NCBI GenBank assembly: GCA_037379345.1
Contig: CM074513.1
Location: 51,191,195-51,255,194, forward strand
Direction of reading: 5' to 3'
Origin: Perna viridis
Lineage: Eukaryota
Length of the DNA stretch: 64,000 bases
The position numbers and the translations under genes are program-made. The notes beneath the pieces were generated by a model, which saw only the letters and a list, made by a program, of their open reading frames with translations, had not been told where the DNA came from and searched no databases. Positions 1 through 12,100 of this stretch are shown here, in pieces (the first letter of the stretch is position 1; the number at the start of each line of letters is the position of its first letter).

Positions 1-160
1 CTGTTTGAAATGATTATCAACAGCAGCAAGGGTGTCAGCAGATTCCTTCAGAATTCTTTCTCTTTCTACTCGCTGCTCTCTCTCATGCTCCCTCTTCCAT
101 TCATTCTTTTGTCTTTCTATTCTTTCCTTCTCTTCTTGCCTTTCTCGTTCAATCTTTTCT
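1..160 (-). CDS. JMJD1C: JMJD1C-like coding exon 9, truncated by the window edge (REKIERERQEEKERIERQKNEWKREHEREQRVERERILKESADTLAAVDNHFKQ)
   Basis: Acceptor ctttttgtag|A completes the phase-2 Arg codon; the R/E-rich frame continues exon 8 with no stop up to position 1. Confidence 0.87.
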
Positions 161-3100
161 CTACAAAAAGATAAGGCAGTGTTATAGGACTTACTGAAAG
201 GATTAAGGGTATTATTGTATACAAGTTTCATACTTTGTGCAAGAAATGGTCTCTGTAGTACCCAAATATTGTGTTTGTTGACTTTTTTACCTATGTAGAT
301 AAAATTTGGCTCATAACAACCCCTGTCTGAGGTTTACCACAAATTGATGAGATAAGAGCAGAAAACCTACTAGGTCAGGAAGTACATGCTTAACCCAGTA
401 TCAATAGTAGAAACTCCTTAACTAAGGGAGTGTTTTACTACACCAAAATTTGGGTCTTTAATTCTTAGTTTTACCTGTTACCACAAAAATGTGAGCCTAT
501 AAGAAAGGTCACTCGGAACAGAGCATAATAATTATATTGTTCAGTCATGGCTTTAAAGATATGCACTGGCTTAAACAAAACAACTGATATCAGATTACAA
601 AATATACAGAACACATTATATTAAGACAATCAAACCAGACTATTTAAATGAATAAGAAAAACTGCCTTTGACCTTGAAGATAAGCACACAAGATATATTT
701 AAAATAATCACTCAATTTCACTCCAGGTTTTTTGGTTTTTTATAAATAAGACTATTGTATTTTAGCTTGGTCATCAATATTTGATGACATACTGCCAAGT
801 TCTGTTATATATAAAAAAAAAAATCACCTTCATAATTTGTTTTGCTCATTAGGCCGCACCAGAACAGTGTTTTTATAAGATTTCCCACCTATATTCTCAG
901 ACAAATCTAACCAGATCAAAATCAATTTACATCTCTACTCTTCAAAAAGAATATTTGATTACTTGATTAAATTTGCATGCTAACTTTATTTATTCTGCTA
1001 AAACAAATTTTTACCAAGATCAATCTTTTATCAGATACATGGAAATGTCGAAGTCAGTTGGAAAAACCCAGCTTGTGAATACTATGAGGAATGCTTTGAC
1101 ATACCTAATCAATACACTCTACCAATAGGATTAGTTTCATATGGACTTAGCATTTTATACTTGTAACAGTGTAATACCTTCAATAATGACCAGATTATAC
1201 AACCTAACCTTAAGGGACAAATCTTGATTGAAAATCTTATCAATAATCTATGTCAAGTCTGGGCAACAGTTAATTGTAAAGGCATTCAGTCAGGAAATGA
1301 TCTACAGAATTCAAATCTACTGTCCAAAATAGTGTCTATTTTTGCTGTGCATCAAGGCTTGAGAGTTCAGCAAAAAAAAATACATAGTCACATACACATA
1401 CACACAAGTAAAAGAAATCTAATTTGCATTCTTCCTTCAACATGTCTCTTTCCTGGTGATATTCATGTTTTAAAATCTAATTTATATGACAAGACTTCTC
1501 TAAAGTTTCTTAATATTCTTGAACATGCAATAAACATAGTCTAGTCATGATAAATGATCTTATTACAATTTCAAAACAATTCATATTTGTTTCCTTTACA
1601 AGAAATGACATAAAATCAATGTGCTATAGGCTATAGTAGACTGACAGTCACCATCTCATCACATAATACACTTCTAGGAAAAACTTACTTACAGGATGTT
1701 TACATACAACAACACTTATATTACTGGGGATCTAAATGGTAAAATGATTATCTAGCAAAATTTATGTGATACTTACATAGCACATTAATGAATGATATAA
1801 AAAAAATATACTGGCAATTAAAAATGATTGAAATACATATTAACTCAATTAGCTAGTACACAAGTCTGTTTGACTTCTACCTCAATAAATATAAATGCCC
1901 TACCTTTCTAATCTTTCTCTATCCTGCCTTTCTCTTTCAATCTGTCTTTCCCTTTGTTCACGCTCAACTTTGTCTCTTTCTATCCTTTCCATATGCTCTT
2001 GTTCTATGCGTTCCCTTTCAGCAAGTTCTCTGCGTTTTATGTCATATCGATCTATCTCCCTTTCTTTCAGAGCATATAGATCTCGGATAAGTTCCTCCTG
2101 ATGTTTCCATTGTTGTGGTATTGGTGTTGATGGGTTCTTCTGTTGCCAAAGCATTTCTAATTGTTGTGTCAGATTTGCTGGGTATGCAGCAGCATTCCTA
2201 TGACTCTGTAACAACAGCTGATACTGTAACAGTTGTTGTTGTTGGAAGGCTGCATATGTAGCATGGTCCATGCCTAACCCGGCTGATGGAACTGCAGGAA
2301 GCTGGGCTAAAGGGTGATACAATTGTGACAAATGTGATCGTGGTAATGATGATTGATATGAAGATGCTGAGGGCAAAGCACTCTGTGGTGGAGGTATAGG
2401 CAAGCCAGGGTAGGCTGCAGGCATCTTAGGATGCATACTCTGTACATTGCTGTGTACTGTATTTTTCTTCATCAATTCTGGATCCCTGTAAGGGTGAACT
2501 GGTTCACTTTTGTCAAGTACCAAAGGACTGGAAGATGGACTGTTTTTAATTTTGTCTGTTTGGGAACCAGATCGTCTGTCTTCACTGATTCCTGAATGTT
2601 CACTTGCTCGAGAATTTGACCTGATTTCTGAATTACTGTAAAGAGACGAATAGCTTACATTTTCAAAGCGAGTTTCTTCCAAACGTTTTGATGGTGGTGA
2701 AGATGTTGATTTCAGGTGATCCTCAGAACTGGTTTCTGATTTTACTAATTTGGTCAATTGTTCCGTGACAGATTGGTTAACATCAATCTTTTCTGTCAGA
2801 TTTGGAGTGGGAGATTTTTCTTGTGTGTTGTTATTAGCTAACAATCGCTGTTTCATAAAGTGCATATTATCGTCTGTATCGTTACTTATCTCCTTTTCAG
2901 AAGTATTATTATCCTCTGAACATTCTACTTCCTGTTTTATGTCAGAATTTCCACTTAAATCACTATGTTCTTCCACATTTTGTTGACCTGTAGTCAATTC
3001 ATCACATTTAACAGTTATGTCTCCTGCTTTTGAGGTATCAACTTCTGGTTTATTTGAGACAACACTTTCTTCTTTTTCTACCTCCTTGACAGTAGAATCT

Positions 3101-6100
3101 TGTTTATCACAGTTAATTGTTTCCTTGGCTTCCAATTCAGTACTTTTAGTCAATATTCTATCACAGTTTCCTTTATCACGTTTTACAGGCTTGACAGTTT
3201 TGTCTTTAGCTGTTTTTCCAGATTTAACAGTTTTCACTTCTGGTTTAGTTTCAGATTTACATTCCTTTGTTTGTACTTTGCATGGCAAATTTTTCTGTGT
3301 AGAATCTTTAAGTTGTTTACGAGTGATTCGATCAGATCCTTGTTCTATCTTTGGTTTATCAGATTTACAATTTGACAAAGCATTAGATGATTTAGTGACA
3401 GTTTTAAATGGATCCTTTTTAATTTCCTCATTTACACGTGCTTTCCTGGCCTCTAAGGATTTTGACCTTTTATTTGCTGTTGACACGACATCAGGTTTTA
3501 TTTCAACAACAATTTGATCAGATTTCCTTTTTCTGTCTTGCTTTGATGACTTTGTTGGTTTATCTGAAAAACATAGTAAAAGCATGAGAGACTACACTAA
3601 TAGAAGATATTAAACAGATTGATCAGATAGCTACTAAATATAACACTTGACTGAATAACCTGAATCCTAGCCCTGTCTGAGCGTGCTCATTCCAACAGCA
3701 ATAAAGTCCTTTGAATAGTGATTCTGATTTGAAAGGACTAAATTTGAAAAGCTCTAATTGATTTTCACAGTCAGATCTCATCAAAATTTTGGGTCATATT
3801 GAACACTTTTAGAATGAAACATAGGCACACAAAAGATTAAATATTAACTGCACAAAACGGAATACTTCAGCTTTGTGTACAAATCTATACAAAGGCAATG
3901 GTTCAGATATAATGCTCTTTTGTTGTCTCAATAAATACGCTTGGCTAATAAATAGACAGCTTATATTTCTTCATAAATATTATTAACATTTCTTTAAATA
4001 CCAGTTCCTCTACAATACACTCTAGTAATCTCTTTAAAATAGTTGTTTTCCTAAAGAATTTATAATTCTGTTAGCCTAAGCTTTAATAAACTGAAGGAGA
4101 CTTTAATGTTGTAGGATCATAAACAGATCCTGTCTTAACCTGCATTATGTACAAAGAGATTATCCCTCCTTAATCAGGTCTAATTTAATTAATCCTATCA
4201 TGTCACAAGTAAAATATTAAATACCATGCTAATTAAGGGAAACTAATCAGTTCTATAATTAGGTCTCTGTCTAAGAAACATGACACCTAACAGGATGGGC
4301 TGAATTAAAATCCTATTCATCACCTTACAACTTTTATTTCAATAGTTAAAAACCTTTTCCACTTAGAATTTAAAATCAATACCTGCCTAGATAATACAAT
4401 CCACTATTACACCTAAACTAAGGCATCAGAGATTACCATTTTTTTCTATCAAATCAATTATTTTATATAACCATTTGAAACTGCATTCAGTGGGGTCATT
4501 AAGTCTTATATCGGTTCCCTAACAAAAGGTGATATATTAAAAAAAAGGAAATACATAATTCACCCACTCCTGTTTTCCATCAAATTAAACAATTAAATAA
4601 GTCATAATTATGTATGAGTCTTAAAAAAGGAAGGAGTAATTAAAATGTCTTACCTTTTTGCTCAGCAGACTTAAGTTGAACTTTCCCCAACTTATTTTGT
4701 TCAGGTTGGGTGATGTTCTGACGTGAAACCTATAAGATAACAAAGACAATCTAAACAACAGAGTCAGATAATCAACTTACACTATAAACTATCCATTCAC
4801 AACAAGTATTCAGAGAGAAAAAGATTCACAAATCACATCTGACCCACCTTCACTTAATTCCACAAAAGCTGAAATGGTATCTGGTTATGACCTTCAACTT
4901 GTTCAGTGAGCAGTTATTTATTTCTCTCTGACTAATGATAAATGTCATACAATAACTTGTACTTGGCAGCTTGCCAAACCAACACTAGCTGTTATTAACA
5001 CATTATTATAACAAAAGCCTATCAGAAATCAACATAATAGGTTTAGAGAAATACAAACTCTGCCAAGTAATTCCAATAGATCAATAGAGCTGGAAATAAT
5101 CACTTCAATATTTACAGGTACAACACAGTCGCAGTTTAAAACCCTCTCCCACAAAGAGTACACATTTCAGTTTATCATACCTCTTATCTTAAGTATTTGG
5201 CTTCCCTCTTTATCATGAAAAATGCCTTAAGCAACTGACAAACACTTCAGTTATCAATTTACATTTACATGGGGAACATCTCAAAATAGATTTAATACAG
5301 ACAACACAATCACAATGAGAGTGTCCTGAGGGTTACTTGTTAAATGAAAGATTTGATTTCAAGACTAACAGATTAAATGAATGAAGGAAAACCTGACAGT
5401 TATAAGCAGCAAAACATCAAAACATGTATTTTGAAAAAAAAATTGTAGGACACATATTTCAGATGTCAATGATGTTATAAACAGAGACTTTCACCACTGT
5501 TATTTTTTATTTATTGTAATGGATGAGCTACTGATTGCTTTTTGTAAGAATCCTGGCTGACTTCGAACAAGGTTTGGATCAGACAGACAATGAAAAAAAT
5601 TATTCAGTGACTCAATAATTAGTAATCATGCTATACAAAGCTGATACTCAATGCTGACCAAGAAGACTTAGTAGTCAGTAACATGTAATAGTTTATTCCT
5701 GAAATAATGAAAGTCTGTGTCAATGAAAAAAAATCTACAAATAGTTCTAGGAATGTAGCCTGTCTAAGTTAGTATTAGTCTGAAGAAAACATGTATAGAT
5801 ACCCTTAATATCCCCATAAGAAACAGAATACATGAGAGAAGTTTTACACACGGATACCATCACAGAGTAATTACATTAACATACAGAATGCTAAAAATAA
5901 TCATTACTTCCTATAACTCTAATGGTTTTCCAAGTAACAACTTAATTACCTATAGGTAACATTTTTTTATTTGTTTGTCAATACTGCCATTGCAGAGCTG
6001 CTGTATTAAATGAATGTGCAGTGTTGAACTTATTTACAAAAAGTTGAGAAACAAGATTGCATTAACCCACATCAAGATTTCACACCTTCCCAGAGGAAAG

Positions 6101-9100
6101 ATTTTCTTCATAAGTAAAACAAAAACAAGCCATATAAAAGGTTATTAAAAGCTATATACTCCAGTCCTTTAATCAGGGGCATATGTATAGGGCCAATTTT
6201 TGCAGGGAAGTAAACTAAACTCTTTAGACAGACGTTACAGATGAAACCATAAAAACAATAGAAAAGAAGGTGTTCTGAGTAGGTGCTAATAAGACTAACA
6301 CCTAATATCAAAAGTATGAATAGTCACATGGGCTACATCCTAAATCAAGCTAATGACATTTGCTTTTAAGCAATACATAAAATAATCAATTTTAGCTGCC
6401 TGAAAATACTATTGATTGGACCTCTTCTATTCAAATACTCGTAGCAGTTTTAAATTCCTATTTCCAAAGGTTGTGAACCAGAACAGACATTTTTTCAACA
6501 TATTGTAATGTAACAATCCATCCAAAAAACCAAAGCAATACTACCAACAGACATTGTTATTTCAAATGGCTAACCACTAACATGATCATTTGTCACACTG
6601 TACATGTCTCTAAGGTCTCATGAATCATAACCCTCTTAACAAGTAAAGGTCAGATATTCTAACAATAAACACTCCATATAATACATAATAGAACATAATG
6701 ATTTACATGTATTATGAGAACTAGATGTAAAGACTGGTTCGGGAGAGGCCCTAATTTTCAATTGCATGTAAAACATATTTTTTGACTCAGGATCATTTTA
6801 ATGCATTTTCAAACATAGTCTTGACCCAAGATAAAATAAATATACACCTAAATCTATTACAGGAAGTGTAGAAATATAATATTCAAGTGTTCTTGAACTC
6901 AGTAAACCTAAGGCCAAACTGTAACCTAAAACCTTTTTGAAAGCCTTATCAAAGCCATGTACTTGTGACTCCTGCGAATTACATAATCTAAATGTACTCC
7001 ATTGTGTAAACACAAGTTTTATTCACACACCTTACTCTGTCAAAATAACCACATACATTGGTTTTTAGTATAAATCGATCAGTTCAACTTCGCATGCGTC
7101 ATCAAGTTTTAACAGATAGTACATTAAGTGTAATATGATCAAGGTACATGTATGTTTAATGATGGTATTCAATAGCGACATCCTACTTGTCATTAAATAC
7201 TGAAAAATGTTTCCCCTCAAAAACAACACAAAAATAGGTTTCAATGAATGTAACACTGACAGAGGAGGTCAAACCACCCATGGCTAGAGTAGCACATAAA
7301 AAGTCTGATATAGATCATCATTCTAGCAAAAACTAATCACGGACTTGAACAAATGTGACCTGCAGTAACATTGTCAAGATAAATATAAAACTGGTGTTAA
7401 AAAATCATCATGTTTGGATGGGTATCAGTTACAGCATAATAGTCTCCTGAGAGTTCATGACAAGTTAATAGGTCATATACATTTACCCAAATTAACCATT
7501 CTTAACAACAGCTACAACTAATTCTAAAAGCTTACATCTAGTTTGTTAAAATAGAATTGAGAAATTATTGAAGAGGGAGTACTATTATACCCTACAGAAA
7601 AAATATCATAACTAACAACTTTGTCAAAACATGAGAATAAAAAATGAGCAAAAATATGCGATATATACCTATCTAAAAGCACATGTATTTATTCTATCTA
7701 ATTCTTTATCAATTAATGACTATGTAACTAAATGACCCTTTTGTTCAGACCAAGAAAAACTTCCCGCTTTAAACCCTTGACCTTTGTATGTTACACAAAA
7801 CTCAGCCTACCTTATCCAATTGTAATAAATTCCTTAATCCTTGGTAATCCTAACTTTCAAGTCCACAAAAAATCACCTTTCACAAAATCATGTATGCACT
7901 ATAAATATTGCTTGTAATAAAATGCTGCTTGTCAAGATGAATGATTTAGTAGTCACTTGGCTAACAAAGAAAAGTCAGCCATGTTTTGGTGGGAAATCAG
8001 GCCACATGGTGGAGTATGACTCATACCTCTCTGATAAAAGCAAGGTGATAGTAAAATTTGTGTATCAAAGTCTAAGTGGGAGGATCCGTATCCTGGTGTG
8101 TGAGAGAGGATTGGAGTTATTAATACATTACATAGTTAAATACCAACATAGTAATTCCACGTCAAACTTTAATAATATTCTCAATAATGATATTTGTATT
8201 CAATGCTTGGTTCAGTAAGCAGGTCGTACATATTAAAGATTGAAGTTACGATCAGACGTGAAATACTAAATATATCAATCTTTTGTATCTGGCAGGCATT
8301 TGTTAAAACTTTCGAAGCCACGTCATAAAAACAGATTTGAAACACAGCCAAGCCATTGATAGAAACAGCTTTCATATCAAAATAGAATGTTACCAATTTT
8401 TATAACAAACAAGTAGCCTATTGATAATTTTTTTGAAGGTGAAATAAGCAGATCTCATAAAAAACACCAGATCTCTTCAAGAGGGAGATAAAATAGTTGG
8501 CTTATTACAGATAGAGAAATCTGGAAAACATCCAAAGTATCAGATGGGAATACAGATAACCAAAACAAACACATATGCTAATCTAAATTTGTCTACTACA
8601 TAGCCATATAAAATATCAGCTCATTGCAGCTGACCTATTTTTCATAAATATGCATGATTTCATTTTCTAGTTACATCAAAGTCTCATGGGACAATGGATT
8701 ATTAGCCTGTATCTGAACAATTTCCTGACTTATACATTAAGAATGAGAGTTACAAAGATAGGAAAGGCAAATAAATCAATGGCCAATACTAGCTGCTAGC
8801 CTATTTGTTATCATAAATTCCTTTTATTTATGACCAGAAACTGTGTAATTATTGACCAAAATCCAACCATATGCTACCTGATCAGTCCTGTTGTAAGGCT
8901 CAATGTAGGGTTTATTGACTGCAGACAATAGGCATTGTGTTCTCACTTAATCTTATAGTGCAACTTATGCTATTCACAATGATGAATTGATTAAGCAAAC
9001 TCATCATTAAGATTTAATCAATAACTGTCCATTTTCACAACTCTGGAAACTAATGATCAGTGGGTGATACAAAGATAATCATATTACAAGGACATGGTTT

Positions 9101-12100
9101 TTCCATTTTGTATTATTTAAAAAATACATTCACATATACTACCATAAAATGCCATGAGTACTGTAAATTTATTGATTTACCCTTGGTGCACCTCAAAGTA
9201 ATATCAAGATTTATCACATGGTGTATTAACTTTGTCCTAACTCATTATCATTCTTCTTCTGTCACTGTATCAACCCTCCAAACCAAAAGTTCCAGTCAGT
9301 TTAGTGTATATAGGTGAGTTCAATATATTAAATAATGTAAAAAGGCTGACCAACCAAAAATATTGACTGACCAAAACTGCTTTAATTACATAAAAGGTTA
9401 TCTCAAATTTCACAAGGAAGCAAGTGTTGGCAACACACTTAAGTGAAAATACAGCTGCAATAAATTGATATAATTTCCCCCCAAGAGGATTTAAAAATCA
9501 TCTGATTAAAGAAGTAACAGTTATATAGCCTTTGGTGACATTGATATATAGGATTGGTAATTGTCATTTGTTATAGATTCAATCATATGTCCTCAAGTCA
9601 CATGTAAGCCAGAGCATCACAATTACATTTTGTACAATAAAATATGAAGAAATATGTCTTACCGTAGAATTAGATTGATCCTTCTCCTTATTAGCTTGAC
9701 GTGTTCGCCGTGGCCCTATTCCAATCTCAACACCTCGTAGTATTGAGTCTACCACTAAAATTAAATAAAAAGTCGGCCATTAACGCATTGCAGTCAAGTC
9801 ATCTATTATGCATACAGCTTACCCAATTTAAAATCCCACATGAATAGAAATGACTTCAATAGGTTCAATTTACAATACAATCATAGAATAAATAGCTGCA
9901 ATGAAATGTGAAGATCAGGTGACTATTAAAATGCCTTTTTATGAGATCCTGTACCCAAGGACAAAAGGGTAAATCAAAATATGGCTGCTATGATAGAGAC
10001 TTTAGCTCACATGTCTTTGATTCCAAGTAGGAGGTGTTAATCAAACAAACAGTAAGGAATGATATACAGAAACAAATAAAACATCAATGTCTGCAGTCAG
10101 ATTACAAAGTTTCTGATCATGAAACATTATATCTAAAAAAGAAACAGTAGATAAATGAGTTTCTATTTACCTAATGATCAATAGAATACAAATTCCTAAC
10201 AAAACAACACAATGTATTCCTGACACTGAATATCCACTAACTGTCTGTAATAGATACCTTGTAGCTAAATTGGACACACCATGTGATTTGGCCTAGATTA
10301 CTGTATTGATCAAAACTTGATAGGTATAACATACCAATTATATTATCTGTGTAGTTGTGCTGGTGTATTGACCCTTTAAGCTAAATGTAAAGGTTACAGT
10401 CGGAACAGATTAAATTTGTTATTCAAAATAACATTACTATGTATATTTTATTGAAGGCAATCAAATAGTAGAAAATATTTGGCAGTCATTATTGAGTGTT
10501 TGATGAGGCTTACTACAGCAAAATGGAAATAGAAAATTTGAAATAGGTCAAGAAAAGCCAAAACATCTGGAACTTCTCACTGGGAAATACTGAAGTCTCT
10601 GTAACAAAACTGTATGTCATTAAAGCTCTTTTAAGTTTTGTAATACAGTCAAATAACTCTTGGGATAGGGACTAAGGGCTATAAGCAAGGAAGGCATGGT
10701 ACAGCCAATAAATCTCTTGTGCTTAACAAGACTTAAGCATATAAACACATTAATAGCTTTGTGGCAGACTAGACAGTGTTGAGTTAGGTGTGTAGTAATA
10801 TCTTGAAGTAACAATTTGGGGTTGGTTTTGTTTTTGCCCCATTTTTGCTAAAAAAAAAAAAAAAATCGATGATAATTCTGATTTACAGTGTAAAAAGATT
10901 GGTCAAATGTTCTCCCATGAGATATAGGTACCTGACTTAAATATATGTCTGTATGTATGTATACTACAATTGCAAGCTTATGCAATACATCATGATCCCT
11001 AATTTTCATGCAATAACCCTACATTACTCCTATATACCACTTATTCAGCTGGGGTGGGAGATTAACAAGTATAAAATGTGAGTTGTAATTGTAATTAACA
11101 ACTATATGCTATAATATCATTAAACATAAAGATGAGCTGCTTTTTTTTTTTTTAGATCAACAAGGAAAGCATCATTTTATTCATACAGAATAATTTGTCA
11201 TGGAATGCAGAACTACAGAAATAGCAGTTGTCAACATATTCATGTAATGCAACTGATAAGCTAGTATTACGGTTATCTATCAGGCCTGTACCCAGAATTT
11301 TCAGATGGAGGTGCAATTACAATGCCAACAATTTAGGGGGAGGGAGGGTGCGAATGCAGAGGGAAAAAGTGGTTTTTACCCAATTTTTAACCCCTATGTA
11401 TGTGCCTGCCAATGTGATACAGAAGTACAAAGATGTCTTCCCTTACTTCATAATGTAATGGCATGCTTCAATTGGAGGTCATCAACATAAAAGTAATTCA
11501 GGGTTAATTTTACGATGCAATTTACTTGTACAACTTTATTACATGAACAGGATGTGAAAAGAATTATACAACAATAAATGTGATCTAATTTCTACCACTA
11601 TTTTTTGTAAAATAAGCACTTCATAAAGTTCAGTAACATTAAAGATGCATTTGCACTTAGTATATTACAAAACTATGATCATCAAAATCATTTCAAAGAC
11701 GCAACTGATTGCTTATAAAGAATAAAATAGACATATGATGGAATCAATATAGAACATATTAAAATGTCATTTACACAAACCTACTGTGCAGTCTAATTCA
11801 TTGTGCAAGAATATTGATTAAACATTCGTCAAATGTTCCCTTCATGTCAATGTAAAAGCTTAGATGGCATTCTTCGCCAGGAGACCTATACTCCATTAAT
11901 CTTCTCATGGAAATTCTACAGCATTTTTTTCCTACTTGAGATGGCAAAATCAATAAAAGCAGAGAATAGCAAGTCTCTCTGCATTACAAACATCAGAAGA
12001 AAATCAATGCTGGTCTAATCAGACAGCTTAATGTCTGTCCCATCTGCTGATATCTAGACTTACAGTACATTGAAGTAGTCATTGTAAGGCAGTCATACCA

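Noticed and set aside
1895-3517. Plus-strand ORFs (1895..2101, 2750..2986, 3017..3517, 3100..3375)
   Set aside because: Antisense shadows of the low-complexity coding exon.
1900-3585. 561-aa ORF as a standalone intronless gene
   Set aside because: Its ATG lies in the polypyrimidine tract upstream of the acceptor at 3563 and its stop lies in the donor site. It is an internal exon.
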